Below, in pieces: positions 50,088-59,120 of a DNA stretch of 64,000 nt; position 1 is the stretch's first letter; the number at the start of each line of letters is the position of its first letter. Origin of the DNA: Gammaproteobacteria bacterium (GTDB taxonomy: Bacteria > Pseudomonadota > Gammaproteobacteria > Eutrophobiales > Eutrophobiaceae); contig CBDCDS010000003.1 of NCBI GenBank assembly GCA_965215365.1, positions 128,001 to 192,000 on the forward strand, written 5' to 3'. The notes below the pieces were generated by a model. That model did not search any database, had not been told where the DNA came from, and saw only the letters and a program-made list of their open reading frames with translations. The position numbers and the translations under genes are program-made.

Positions 50088-50765
50088 TTGATGCAAAAAT
50101 ATTCAGTTATCATCCCCGCGCTGAATGAAGCGGCTTATATCGGCCCGACTCTGGCGCGGTTGCAGGCCGCGCGCGCCCGCGGGCATGAGGTCATCCTGGT
50201 GGACGGCGGCAGCAGCGACAATACCTGCGCCATTGCCGCGGGCGCGGCTGACCGCATCGTACAATGTGAACCGGGCCGCAGCCGGCAGATGAATTACGGC
50301 GCCCGCTGTGCCTCCGGTGAGGTCTTTGTTTTTCTCCACGCCGACACACTGGCGCCGGTAGCCTTCGACCGTCTCCTCGATGCGCGTGGTGTCGGCGCGC
50401 ATAACTGGGGGAGTTTCGATGTCAGGTTGTCCGGCAACCATTTCATGTTCCGTTGTATTGAAAGGCTGATGAATCTGCGTTCCCGCGCAACCGGTATCAT
50501 CATGGGAGACCAGGCCATCTTTACCGGCCGGCGCCTGTTCTGGCAACTGAACGGCTATGCCGACATCCCGTTAATGGAAGACATTGAATTGAGCGGCCGG
50601 CTGAAGAAAGTTTCTGCGCCTATCCGTATCGAACAACCGGTTGTCAGCTCGTCTCGCCGCTGGGAACGACACGGGATAGTCAAAACCACCCTACTGTGCT
50701 GGATACTGAGGGGCCGGTATGCAATCGGCGCCGACCCGCAACGCCTTGTTAAATACTATCATTAA
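50088..50765 (+). CDS. GT2 glycosyltransferase (TIGR04283-like)
   Basis: SVIIPALNE, VDGGSSD, GRSRQMNYGA, FLHADT, GDQAIF, LMEDIE, SSRRW. Confidence 0.88.
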   Translation: MMQKYSVIIPALNEAAYIGPTLARLQAARARGHEVILVDGGSSDNTCAIAAGAADRIVQCEPGRSRQMNYGARCASGEVFVFLHADTLAPVAFDRLLDARGVGAHNWGSFDVRLSGNHFMFRCIERLMNLRSRATGIIMGDQAIFTGRRLFWQLNGYADIPLMEDIELSGRLKKVSAPIRIEQPVVSSSRRWERHGIVKTTLLCWILRGRYAIGADPQRLVKYYH

Positions 50766-51489
50766 CCCGTATCTCTCACCGGGTGATGCGAAGATCGCGC
50801 CGGATTGGTTCTGCCTGTGGGTGCCTGCGACGATGAGCATAGCGGTAGCTATGGTTGAACAAGCACGTGCCCACAGGCAGAACCAAGACCCGCGAGGGCG
50901 CATCAAGCGCAGTGGGTTAGGTGGAAAGAGCAGCAGTATTACCATAACTTATTGAGAGTAATCATGTTGCACGAGACAACAAGCGGCTTGGTGAGAGATG
51001 CGGGTTAACCCGCATCTCTCACCGGGTGATGCGAAGATCGCGCCGGATTGGTTCTGCCTGCGGGTGCCGGCGACGATGAGCATAGCGGTAGCTATGGTTG
51101 AACAAGCACGTGCCCACAGGCAGAACCAAGACCCGCGAGGGCGCATCAAGCGCAGTGGGTTAGGTGGAAAGAGCAGCAGTATTACCATAGTTTATTGAGA
51201 GTAATCATGTTGCACGAGACAACAAGCGGCTTGGTGAGAGATGCGGGTTAACCCGCATCTCTCACCGAGTGATGCGAAGATCGCGCCGGATTGGTTCTGC
51301 CTGCGGGTGCCTGCGACCGAAACCATAGTGGTTCTCTGGTTGAGGAAGCACGTGCCCGCAGGCAGAACCAAGACCAGCGAGGGCGCATCAAGCGCAGTGG
51401 GTTAGGTGGAAAGAGCAGCAGCATTACCATAACTTATTGAGAGTAATCATGTTGCACGAGACAACAAGCGGCTTGGTGAGAGATGCGGG
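50766..51489. mobile_element. Three head-to-tail MITE copies (50766-51004, 51009-51247, 51252-51489)
   Basis: 243/243/242 bp period; copies separated and flanked by a single TTAA. Confidence 0.95.
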
Positions 51490-52154
51490 TTAAGCAGACC
51501 GCATTGCTGGTGTTCACGAAAACGCCTGTACCGGGCACAGTGAAAACCCGCTTGCTGTCGGTGCTGGACGCGCAGCAGGCCGCCGCCATCCATGCCGAAT
51601 TATTGTGCTTTACCCTGGAGGTGGCGCGCCGCGCCGCCGTGAGTACTGTCGAACTGTGGTGCACACCGACCCGGCGGCATCCGCTTCTGCAAGGTCTTGC
51701 GCGCAGGTTTGCAGTGACGCTGCAGACACAGTCTGGCGCCGACCTGGGGGAACGTATGGACGCCGCCATGACGCGGACGCTGGCAAGCCACCGGCAGGTG
51801 CTGCTTGTGGGCAGTGACTGCGTGGACCTCAGCCCGGAGGATATCAACCTTGCCCTGGAACAACTGGCCGCGGGCAGCGAGGTGGCGCTGGGGCCGGCCC
51901 TGGATGGGGGTTATTACCTGATCGGGCTGTCCAAGCCGCAACGGCGCCTGTTTGAAGGCATCGACTGGGGCACCGATCGAGTCCTGCAGCAGACCCGCGC
52001 GCGAGTGGCGCAGTTGGGGTTAAGTTTGTTTGAACTGCCGCCGCGCCGGGATTTGGATCGCCCTGAGGACTTGCGCTATTTCCGGCCGCACGCGCCGACC
52101 GGGGAAGTCATTGCCCGGCAGGCGGGTTTTCTTCCTTGGGCGCGTAATCCTTGA
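51483..52154 (+). CDS. DUF2064 / TIGR04282-like glycosyltransferase; ATG supplied by the MITE
   Basis: FTKTPVPGTVKTRL, QSGADLGERM, GSDC, GPALDGGYYLIG, DLDRPEDL. Confidence 0.88.
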   Translation: MRVKQTALLVFTKTPVPGTVKTRLLSVLDAQQAAAIHAELLCFTLEVARRAAVSTVELWCTPTRRHPLLQGLARRFAVTLQTQSGADLGERMDAAMTRTLASHRQVLLVGSDCVDLSPEDINLALEQLAAGSEVALGPALDGGYYLIGLSKPQRRLFEGIDWGTDRVLQQTRARVAQLGLSLFELPPRRDLDRPEDLRYFRPHAPTGEVIARQAGFLPWARNP

Positions 52155-52608
52155 TAAATTGCCGCGCCAGTTTTTTCGCTTCCTCCAGTTCTTCCGCCGA
52201 CAGGTTCTGTTCAGCTGTGGTGAGCGCGGCCATGGACTTCTTGTGCTCCTGCTCAGCGCCGGCGCGGTACCAGGCATACGCGTACTCGTAGTCTTTAGGC
52301 ACCCCTCTACCCTTCATGTAAAGCTCAGCTAGGTTATACTGGGCCTGTTTGATACCTTGTTCCGCAGCCTTGCGGAACCAACCCGCCGCTTCATCGTAAC
52401 TCTGTTCCACGCCGTGCCCGCGCAAATACATCATGGCGACATAGTATTGGGCAAGGCCGTGGTCAGCGGTTTCTGCAAGCGAACGCATGGTGTTGTAGGC
52501 CTGCTCATATTCCCCCCTGGAATAGGCAAACACACCGCTATAGAAGTCGGCAAACGCGGCGGGCGCGGACCAACACGCGAGCACAAAGACCAGCAAAAGT
52601 TTTTTCAT
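52108..52608 (-). CDS. Secreted Sel1-repeat protein
   Basis: Signal peptide; AQYYVAMMYLRGHGV, AQYNLAELYMKGRGV. Confidence 0.9.
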   Translation of the reverse strand: MKKLLLVFVLACWSAPAAFADFYSGVFAYSRGEYEQAYNTMRSLAETADHGLAQYYVAMMYLRGHGVEQSYDEAAGWFRKAAEQGIKQAQYNLAELYMKGRGVPKDYEYAYAWYRAGAEQEHKKSMAALTTAEQNLSAEELEEAKKLARQFIKDYAPKEENPPAGQ

Positions 52609-52683
52609 GGGTGGGATTATAGCCTATATTTTTTTCGGCGCCGGCGTTCAGTATTCTCGTGTGCGCGGGAATGAACCTGGGTC

Positions 52684-53352
52684 TCAACCCGGTTGATTGG
52701 TAAAAAAGGTCTTGATCTGGTTAGCCAGAGACTTGCAGGCGTTTTCTTGGACGCGGGCCAGTAGTGGCACCGGGATGATGACTGCCGGCATGAATGAGGT
52801 GCCTTTGGTTTCGGCGTTGATCTTGCCGGATAGGGCCAGTTCTTTGAAATCCCAGATACTGGCCTCGTAGTTGGCCTCATCCTTCCAGTAAGCAAACCCG
52901 AAACAACCGCCGCCGCCCGGTCCTACGGCGCAGGACACGGAGCCGGATTTATCCGTTCTTTCGGTGGCGCCGTCTATCCAGACGAAGTAGCGCAGGTTGA
53001 AATCGTTGAATTTCGAGGCAATCGCGGGGATTTGCGCCAGCCGGCCCAGGTTTTTCACGTCCATAGGCGCGGTGCTGGTCTCAAAATAGGGGTACATGCT
53101 GTCGACAAATTCCTGTTCCGGGATCACGTTGATGTCGGACTGGCCCTGGCGTAGCGATTGGCCGACACAACTGATGAAGTCATTCTCGGTTTCATAGCCG
53201 GAACTGTGCCGCCGTCCCAGCACCACGATGGCCTCGCCCCCGGCGATCATTGCCGTCGGCGCTTCCCGGTGCTCGTCGATCACGGTCGTGCTTTTGCAGC
53301 CAGACAGCAAGGCTGTGGCGAAGAGGACAGTGACGGCGGTCGGTATGTTCAC
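52684..53352 (-). CDS. Conserved hypothetical lipoprotein
   Basis: Lipobox LSGC; CAVGPGGGGCFG motif. Confidence 0.75.
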   Translation of the reverse strand: MNIPTAVTVLFATALLSGCKSTTVIDEHREAPTAMIAGGEAIVVLGRRHSSGYETENDFISCVGQSLRQGQSDINVIPEQEFVDSMYPYFETSTAPMDVKNLGRLAQIPAIASKFNDFNLRYFVWIDGATERTDKSGSVSCAVGPGGGGCFGFAYWKDEANYEASIWDFKELALSGKINAETKGTSFMPAVIIPVPLLARVQENACKSLANQIKTFFTNQPG

Positions 53353-53369
53353 GCTCGTAGCCTATTCAG

Positions 53370-53559
53370 GTTATTCATCCACAGATAACGCAGATAGTTA
53401 TTCATCCACAGATAACGCAGATTAACGCAGATTATTTCAGGAATCTTCGGTCGCATGTGCAAAAGGAGAACAAGTAGTGGCGCTTAACAATGCCCATGCC
53501 CTCCGTATTTTCTGTAATGAAAAACTATCTGCGTTAATCTGCGTTATCTGTGGATGAAT
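53370..53559. repeat. Inverted-repeat element built from ACGCAGAT-type units
   Basis: Perfect 33 bp IR at 53400-53432 / 53527-53559; 26 bp tandem duplication at 53370 and 53397. Confidence 0.85.
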
Positions 53560-54169
53560 CAAACTGCTCCAGCCAGGCGCTGACGTTTGCCACTTTCGAA
53601 AAGCCAAGCGCAAATCTGGCGCCGGCGTCGCGTAAGGCCTGGTTGACCGCAGCGTTAAGGCCCTTGTTGCGGCTTTTCATAAATTCGGTGGAAGATTTGC
53701 CGTAACCGGTCACCGACCAGTTGGCAATGGCGCTGCCGTCCCGGTTGTAGAGTTCCACGTGGTACTTGATCCAGGCCTCGTAGAAGTCCGTCTTAGTCTC
53801 TGCTGGCAGGGCAAACTGCATTTCTGAGATGCTGGGCAGCAACACTGCGTGCACCTCGACCCGGGTGTTGGTTGTTGGCACTTCCGTGACCTCAGCGAAC
53901 ATGGCAGTCAGGATTTGCTGAAACAGGGCCAGATGGGAGGCGCCGCTGTCGATCTTCCATTCGGGCCGGTCTTCGGAATCTTCCTCGTAAACGTAATTAC
54001 GCAACTCGTCCGTATAGACTACCCCCATTTTCACCGGCAGGCGGGAGACGACCGGACTGGGAATCTCGCTGTCCACCCGCAACGACATGGACTGTTGGCA
54101 GGCAGTGAGGAACAACGCCAGCCCGAGCGGGGCAATGAGTTTATACAACACCTGTATGCGCATATTCAC
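53534..54169 (-). CDS. Hypothetical lipoprotein
   Basis: Lipobox LTAC; last codons (SSTDNAD*) come from the IR element. Confidence 0.75.
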   Translation of the reverse strand: MNMRIQVLYKLIAPLGLALFLTACQQSMSLRVDSEIPSPVVSRLPVKMGVVYTDELRNYVYEEDSEDRPEWKIDSGASHLALFQQILTAMFAEVTEVPTTNTRVEVHAVLLPSISEMQFALPAETKTDFYEAWIKYHVELYNRDGSAIANWSVTGYGKSSTEFMKSRNKGLNAAVNQALRDAGARFALGFSKVANVSAWLEQFDSSTDNAD

Positions 54170-54187
54170 AGATTAGCACAAATACAA

Positions 54188-54325
54188 TCCGCAGATGACG
54201 CAGATGGGCGCAGATATTTTCGATGATTCATGGATGCTTTAGGTTGCCCCCTGCATTGACGATGGCGAGCAGAAAAATTTTGAAATTCCTGAAAATAATC
54301 TGCGTTCATCTGCGGCATCTGCGGA
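54188..54325. repeat. Second ACGCAGAT-unit inverted-repeat element
   Basis: TCCGCAGATGACGCAGATGGGCGCAGAT...ATCTGCGTTCATCTGCGGCATCTGCGGA; shares GATTATTT(T)CAGGAAT with the first copy, in inverted orientation. Confidence 0.8.
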
Positions 54326-55330
54326 CTAAAATGCCCGGCCTGGCTCGTTCAGACCTACATAAGCCCCGCCGTTCTCGTGAGTGAGTTGGCGCATGAGGGC
54401 GGCGAAATGCCTGTTAGTCAGCTGGAAGTGTTCGGGGGCGCTGGCGGGAACCGGGAAGCCAACTGCGTGGATGCGCACTTTGGTGTTGCCGTGCTGGTCT
54501 TTCGGGTTGATGCGTTCCACCGCGTCCAGCACTTGCCTGATTGAACCGGAAAATTCATCGCCGTACACGTAAATGCTGATCTTCTTGCCGGGGTCGTAAA
54601 ACGTGCGGATCGCTTGGGTAATCCCCTCCACCGGGCTGCTGTTGCTGAAGGTGCGCCAACTGCGCAAAGTCCTGATGATGACCCGGCGCCGGCCTTCGGT
54701 GTCGGGTATCCATCTGCGCCGGTATTGGGAGAACAGGTACTCACCCATGTCGCTCATGATCTGTATGCCTTGCAGGCGGGGATAGACGTCCAGAGTGGTG
54801 ATTAACTGCTTGATCATGTTTTCCCAGTGACTGTTGACCATGCTGCCTGAGGTGTCGATGATGAAGATGACGTACTCGCTGTCCACCGGAATGCCGCCGA
54901 TCAGGCCGCTCTGCGCCCGATCGGTCTGCGCCAGCAAGCGTTTCATCTCCGCCGTCAGAGTTTGCAGGGCCAGTTCAAATTCACCCTTGATGATCTCGCC
55001 CACGGCAGAATCGTCGCGCACGCTGTTATAGCGCAGCTCCTCTTGCACCAGTTCCGCCTCCAGGCGCGCCACCCGTTGCCGCCACTCGGAACGCTGTTCG
55101 TGTTTGGCGTTCAGTTCCCGGTCCAGAACTTTCGCCTCGCCGCGAATTTCAAACAACTGGATCTGTAATTCCCGCACGATGCCTTGCAGAGATTCCTGGG
55201 CGCGCTCCAGGATGGGGCTGTCACCGGTTTTGGCGATCATCAGCAACAAGATGATAGCGCCGAAGCCGCAGGTGATGACGTCCAGGAAGGAAATGCTGAA
55301 CGCCTCGTTCTCGCGCCGTTTTTTCCTCAT
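54326..55330 (-). CDS. Membrane-anchored coiled-coil VWA-domain protein
   Basis: FSISFLDVITCGFGA N-terminus; DTSGS MIDAS motif. Confidence 0.85.
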   Translation of the reverse strand: MRKKRRENEAFSISFLDVITCGFGAIILLLMIAKTGDSPILERAQESLQGIVRELQIQLFEIRGEAKVLDRELNAKHEQRSEWRQRVARLEAELVQEELRYNSVRDDSAVGEIIKGEFELALQTLTAEMKRLLAQTDRAQSGLIGGIPVDSEYVIFIIDTSGSMVNSHWENMIKQLITTLDVYPRLQGIQIMSDMGEYLFSQYRRRWIPDTEGRRRVIIRTLRSWRTFSNSSPVEGITQAIRTFYDPGKKISIYVYGDEFSGSIRQVLDAVERINPKDQHGNTKVRIHAVGFPVPASAPEHFQLTNRHFAALMRQLTHENGGAYVGLNEPGRAF

Positions 55331-56412
55331 GGCCAGTCCTCGCTGGGGATGAGGAAGGCGCCGTTGGTGCTCATGGCCAGACGCCAGAAGGCAAAAGCCG
55401 CGTTGGGGTCGCCTTCCATGGGCGCCAGGATCACATTCATCGGTATGCCACCGGGCAGACGTTCTACCGCCCGGGTAAACAAGTCCAAGCGTTGCTTGCC
55501 AGTGATGGTCGCCCCGCGTACCCGTTTGGAACCCTGAGTAGGCAAGCCGTCGGTGATCAGATAGACGTTATCGGGCCGGGGCCGCAGCTTACTGATAGTA
55601 ACAAAGGCCTGCTCCAGATTAGTGCCGCCTTCCGGCACGATCCGGCCCAGGGCTTCGATCATCGCGTTCAATTTCGCCTTGTTGCTGACCTCCAGCCACT
55701 TCCCGGCCAGCCCCGGTAACAATGCGCGCGCTTTTGTATTGAACACGTAGATCTGGTACTGGCTGTCCCTGGGCAGCCGCGCGCTGAGCCAGTCCACCAT
55801 CCTTAACGTCTGCACCCATTTCGGCGCGTTGCGTTTTACGCCGTCACGCATGTTGCGAAAGCGGATGATATTGACGATGGTATCGTCCAGCATGCTGCTG
55901 GAGACATCCAGCAGGATGAGGATACGCTTGCCGTCCAGCTTCAGCCCGGTCAGATACTCGCGCTTGCCGTCACCGACCAGACGCCGGACATCGCTGCCGC
56001 GGTCCTTCAGATCTTCCTGCAACTGTTGCTTCTGTTCCTCCAGTTGCTTGATGTTGAGCTTCAGTTGCTCCAGCTCTACGCTGCTGGTAGTCTCCGACAG
56101 TTGTTCGATCAAGGCGCGCGTCTCCTCTATTTTCGCCATAATGCGCCGCGCCATGCCCTGCGCCACGACCAGTTCCTCGTCGATTTCCGAGATGGTGTTG
56201 CGGGTTTTGGCGAGGTTCTGCCGGCCTTCCAGTATTTCCTCTTCCAGCAACATCACCTCAGCGGTCTGCTCCCGGTTATTAACGGGAATGGGCACGTTGG
56301 TATCGACGTTATGCTTGATGATGAGGAACAACAGCACCGCCGAGCCGAAGCCGCAGGACATGATGTCCAGAAACGATAGGCTGAAGGGAGTAAGCAGTCT
56401 GCGGTTACGCAC
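55327..56412 (-). CDS. Membrane-anchored coiled-coil VWA-domain protein
   Basis: FSLSFLDIMSCGFG; DVSSS, GGTNL, ITDGLP. Confidence 0.85.
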   Translation of the reverse strand: MRNRRLLTPFSLSFLDIMSCGFGSAVLLFLIIKHNVDTNVPIPVNNREQTAEVMLLEEEILEGRQNLAKTRNTISEIDEELVVAQGMARRIMAKIEETRALIEQLSETTSSVELEQLKLNIKQLEEQKQQLQEDLKDRGSDVRRLVGDGKREYLTGLKLDGKRILILLDVSSSMLDDTIVNIIRFRNMRDGVKRNAPKWVQTLRMVDWLSARLPRDSQYQIYVFNTKARALLPGLAGKWLEVSNKAKLNAMIEALGRIVPEGGTNLEQAFVTISKLRPRPDNVYLITDGLPTQGSKRVRGATITGKQRLDLFTRAVERLPGGIPMNVILAPMEGDPNAAFAFWRLAMSTNGAFLIPSEDWP

Positions 56413-57719
56413 TATGTCAGGACTCTGATCAGCGCGAATTCACGGTCGCAGTGGGCAAAGCTGATGGTGTCGCCCGGCCTGAGGTCGGTATTGCTTGCGG
56501 CGGCCCGACCGTTGACGTAAACCGCGCCATGGCTTGCCGGAAACAGGGTTGCCGTGGCGTCGTTCAGGGCTACCGAGCAAAGCGGGTTGTGGCTGTCGGA
56601 CTGCACCGGCGCGCCCTGCGCAGACAGGTATAGCGGCATCGCCCCCAGCGGATAGGCCTCGACGCCGGCTAGGATATGGGTTGGGCTGGCTTGTTGTGCC
56701 AAGACTGCCGGCGCGGTAACGCCAATTGCCGGCTGTGCAGTGGCCGCAAGCTGAGTGACGAAGTAAATCGCTGCGCCGGCCTTGCGCTGTTGCTGCACAT
56801 AGTCCATACAACCGGCATATACGGCGCACACGTCCAAGGTATCGACCTGCGGGGTGACTCGCGTCAGCTGTTCGACAACAGCCGGCAAGCCGGCCAGACG
56901 CGGGTGCAGCAACGCCACCCGGTCGCTCTCGACGGCAGCGCTGAGCTTGTCGTACAACGGTTGTAACGCCGCCACCAGTTGCTCCCGGCCCACCCGGGCC
57001 TGGTAACGGGCCTGCTCAAATTCAATATCGACCTGCGTCTCAGCCCCCTGCGCCAGTTCGCGCAGACATTGCGCCATGCGGTTGCACAAGGCCTGTTCCG
57101 TTACTGCGTGGTGCAGGGGGTCAAAACGGGATTGCCGAATGAACAGGTCGGCAACATGGTTGACGCAGCTATCCTGAATTTCCAGCAACCCGACTTCATT
57201 GACAACCTGCACCGCCGTGCGCTGCACCGTGTCTGACACCTCCAGGGAAGTCATTACAGTCTGATGCAGGTGGATATCCAAGTGCACGTAACTCCCGGCA
57301 CCGGCCGTCGCCGCCAGCGCCGCGACAGCGCTGTCCACCAGACCCACCGCAGTAAACGGGGAGGCCTCCAACAGCCCCAGCAGCAGGGCCAGTTGCTCCG
57401 CGCTGAAACTACCCGGCACCGCCAGCGCCACCTGCTCCACCCCATCCGCCATTTCATGCAAAGACAGCAAATGGGCGTAGGCCAGATCGGCATTATGCCG
57501 CGCCAGTTTCGAGTGGTGCTTGAAGCCATCCTGATTAAGATCACTCCAAAACCGGCTGAAGGTATTACGCGGGTCAATATGGGTAGCCGCCAACGCCGCC
57601 CGCCCCAGCTCAACCCGATCCTCTTTGAGCACCGCAATGCCGGGGCTACTCACCACGACCTCACCGCCCCGGAAGAGCGTTACTCCGGCATCGTTGAGTT
57701 CAATGACGGCGGTGTTCAT
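56412..57719 (-). CDS. Hypothetical protein with actin/Hsp70-like N-terminal region and C-terminal FHA-like domain
   Basis: IELNDAG, AVPGSF...LLLGL, VDSAVAA; C-terminal VYVNG...LRPGDTI. Confidence 0.65.
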   Translation of the reverse strand: MNTAVIELNDAGVTLFRGGEVVVSSPGIAVLKEDRVELGRAALAATHIDPRNTFSRFWSDLNQDGFKHHSKLARHNADLAYAHLLSLHEMADGVEQVALAVPGSFSAEQLALLLGLLEASPFTAVGLVDSAVAALAATAGAGSYVHLDIHLHQTVMTSLEVSDTVQRTAVQVVNEVGLLEIQDSCVNHVADLFIRQSRFDPLHHAVTEQALCNRMAQCLRELAQGAETQVDIEFEQARYQARVGREQLVAALQPLYDKLSAAVESDRVALLHPRLAGLPAVVEQLTRVTPQVDTLDVCAVYAGCMDYVQQQRKAGAAIYFVTQLAATAQPAIGVTAPAVLAQQASPTHILAGVEAYPLGAMPLYLSAQGAPVQSDSHNPLCSVALNDATATLFPASHGAVYVNGRAAASNTDLRPGDTISFAHCDREFALIRVLT

Positions 57720-57874
57720 TTATATGCTTACCGCACCTGCAAATGCCGCAGCAGGTTGACGTCGCAGTAATGCTGTACGAGAAGGAAAGTTATTTTATTC
57801 ATTGACAAACCTTTGTAGATGTGTCACAAAGTGGGTGTTGTAATTCCGAATTCCAAACACACTAGGAGACGAGT

Positions 57875-58457
57875 ATGACACAACTGACACACTACCTCAA
57901 AAATCGGGGGGGGGGGGGGTAACCCTGTAGCCGAGAAAATATCCGCAACGAAAGCTGCCCCTGTACCGGGAGCAGCGTTCCTGATTTTCGTGCTGGCGCT
58001 GCCCGCCGGTGGGGCGCTGGCCAACACGACTACCGGGATGATCGACGGCAATTATGCCGTGCAGTTGCCGGCCGGTATTTACATGCGCAACTCGAGGGGG
58101 TACACAACGGTCTGTATTCAAATCACTGGCAGTGGCAGCACTGCGACAGGGACAATTAAGGCCCGCAGGCACAATGGCACGTGGGAGAGTCTCACCGGCT
58201 CTAGGACGGTCACGTTACTCGGATTGGGCGTAGAAAACCCCTCAAATGACCAACTGGGAAGAAGAGAACGTGCTTGGCTGGCATCTTGGGGCCCCAGACC
58301 CACAAACTGGAACGGCAACAATCGCCGCTTTGATGAACATGGCTGGAGAGGCCACTTGACAAGCGGAAATGTATTGCGCGTTGCAGTGGATAATCATATC
58401 CTGAAAATGACCGGAGATGGCCGATTACCCATGACCCATGGGAGCAGCTGCCCGTAG
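57875..58457 (+). CDS. Secreted hypothetical protein frameshifted at a G14 tract (homopolymer-leader family, copy B)
   Basis: AGGAGA SD, ATG 57875, G14 at 57906-57919, TAA at 57920; losing one G restores a continuous ORF with signal peptide AAFLIFVLALPAGGALA. Confidence 0.75.
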
Positions 58458-58477
58458 TAACTCGAACAACAAACCTT

Positions 58478-58518
58478 GATGGGGAGTCAGTCCTGAATTA
58501 ACCGACTGGCTCCTCATC
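58478..58518 (+). terminator. Hairpin downstream of the secreted-protein gene
   Basis: GATGGGGAGTCAGTC...GACTGGCTCCTCATC stem; no clear U-tract. Confidence 0.5.
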
Positions 58519-58538
58519 ACTGTAAAGGCCACCTCTAA

Positions 58539-58694
58539 CCCGCAGCTCTCACCAAGTCGCTTGTTGCGTTGTGAAAAATGATTGCTCTCAATAAGTTATG
58601 GTAATACTGCTGCTCTTTCCACCTAACACGGTGCGCTTGATCCGCCCTCGCCAGTCTTGGTTCTGCCTGCGGGCAAACCCGCAGCTCTCACCAA
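58539..58694. mobile_element. Partial MITE (58539-58673) plus an extra TIR (58678-58694)
   Basis: Starts after the CTAA of GGCCACCTCTAA; ends at internal CTGCCTGCGGG, then CAAA-CCCGCAGCTCTCACCAA. Confidence 0.85.
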
Positions 58695-58698
58695 ATTA

Positions 58699-58938
58699 TC
58701 AGGCAACATGTATTTCCTCCCGGATGACCCGACGCAGAGTGCTTTCAAGGGGTTCACCCTGACGCTGCACATGGTGGCGTAGCGCGTCATTTATCAGGGA
58801 TTGATAATTTCCACCGCCCCGTACCTGATCCTTGACCCATTGAATAATATCCGGATCAAGTCGAATCGTAATACGTTCTTTCGCAGTTTTAACTATTGCC
58901 CCGCGTCTGCCTTCACTGAAATCATAATGTTCTCTCAT
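58699..58938 (-). CDS. BrnA-family antitoxin
   Basis: MREHYDFSEGRRG...KERITIRLDPDIIQW...NYQSLINDALR. Confidence 0.88.
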   Translation of the reverse strand: MREHYDFSEGRRGAIVKTAKERITIRLDPDIIQWVKDQVRGGGNYQSLINDALRHHVQRQGEPLESTLRRVIREEIHVA

Positions 58939-58942
58939 AGTA

Positions 58943-59092
58943 TCAAGCCTCATATTGTCTGCGCTCTTGTTTGTTTGCCTTACGCGCCGAGATAAGACGA
59001 ACAATGTCTCCCGCCCGTTGCATACTCACAACTACCAATACCTGTAGATTGAAATCCAGTCCAATCGTGATAAGCCACTGCTCGTTGGCAGA
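58943..59092 (-). pseudogene. C-terminal half of a BrnT toxin
   Basis: EQWLITIGLD...VLVVV...VRLISARKANKQERRQYEA*, preceded by an in-frame TGA. Confidence 0.8.
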
Positions 59093-59120
59093 TCAGATAA
59101 ACTGTCGTTCCGAGCGTTAC

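Noticed and set aside
50691-51430. MVILLLFPPNPLRL... and MRVNPHLSPG... ORFs as independent genes (also at 11537, 26413, 28495)
   Set aside because: They are reading frames of the repeated MITE. Only the lolB fusion has supporting context.
50762-51493. Tandem repeats as a CRISPR array
   Set aside because: Units are ~243 bp near-identical MITEs with no unique spacers, and no cas genes are present.
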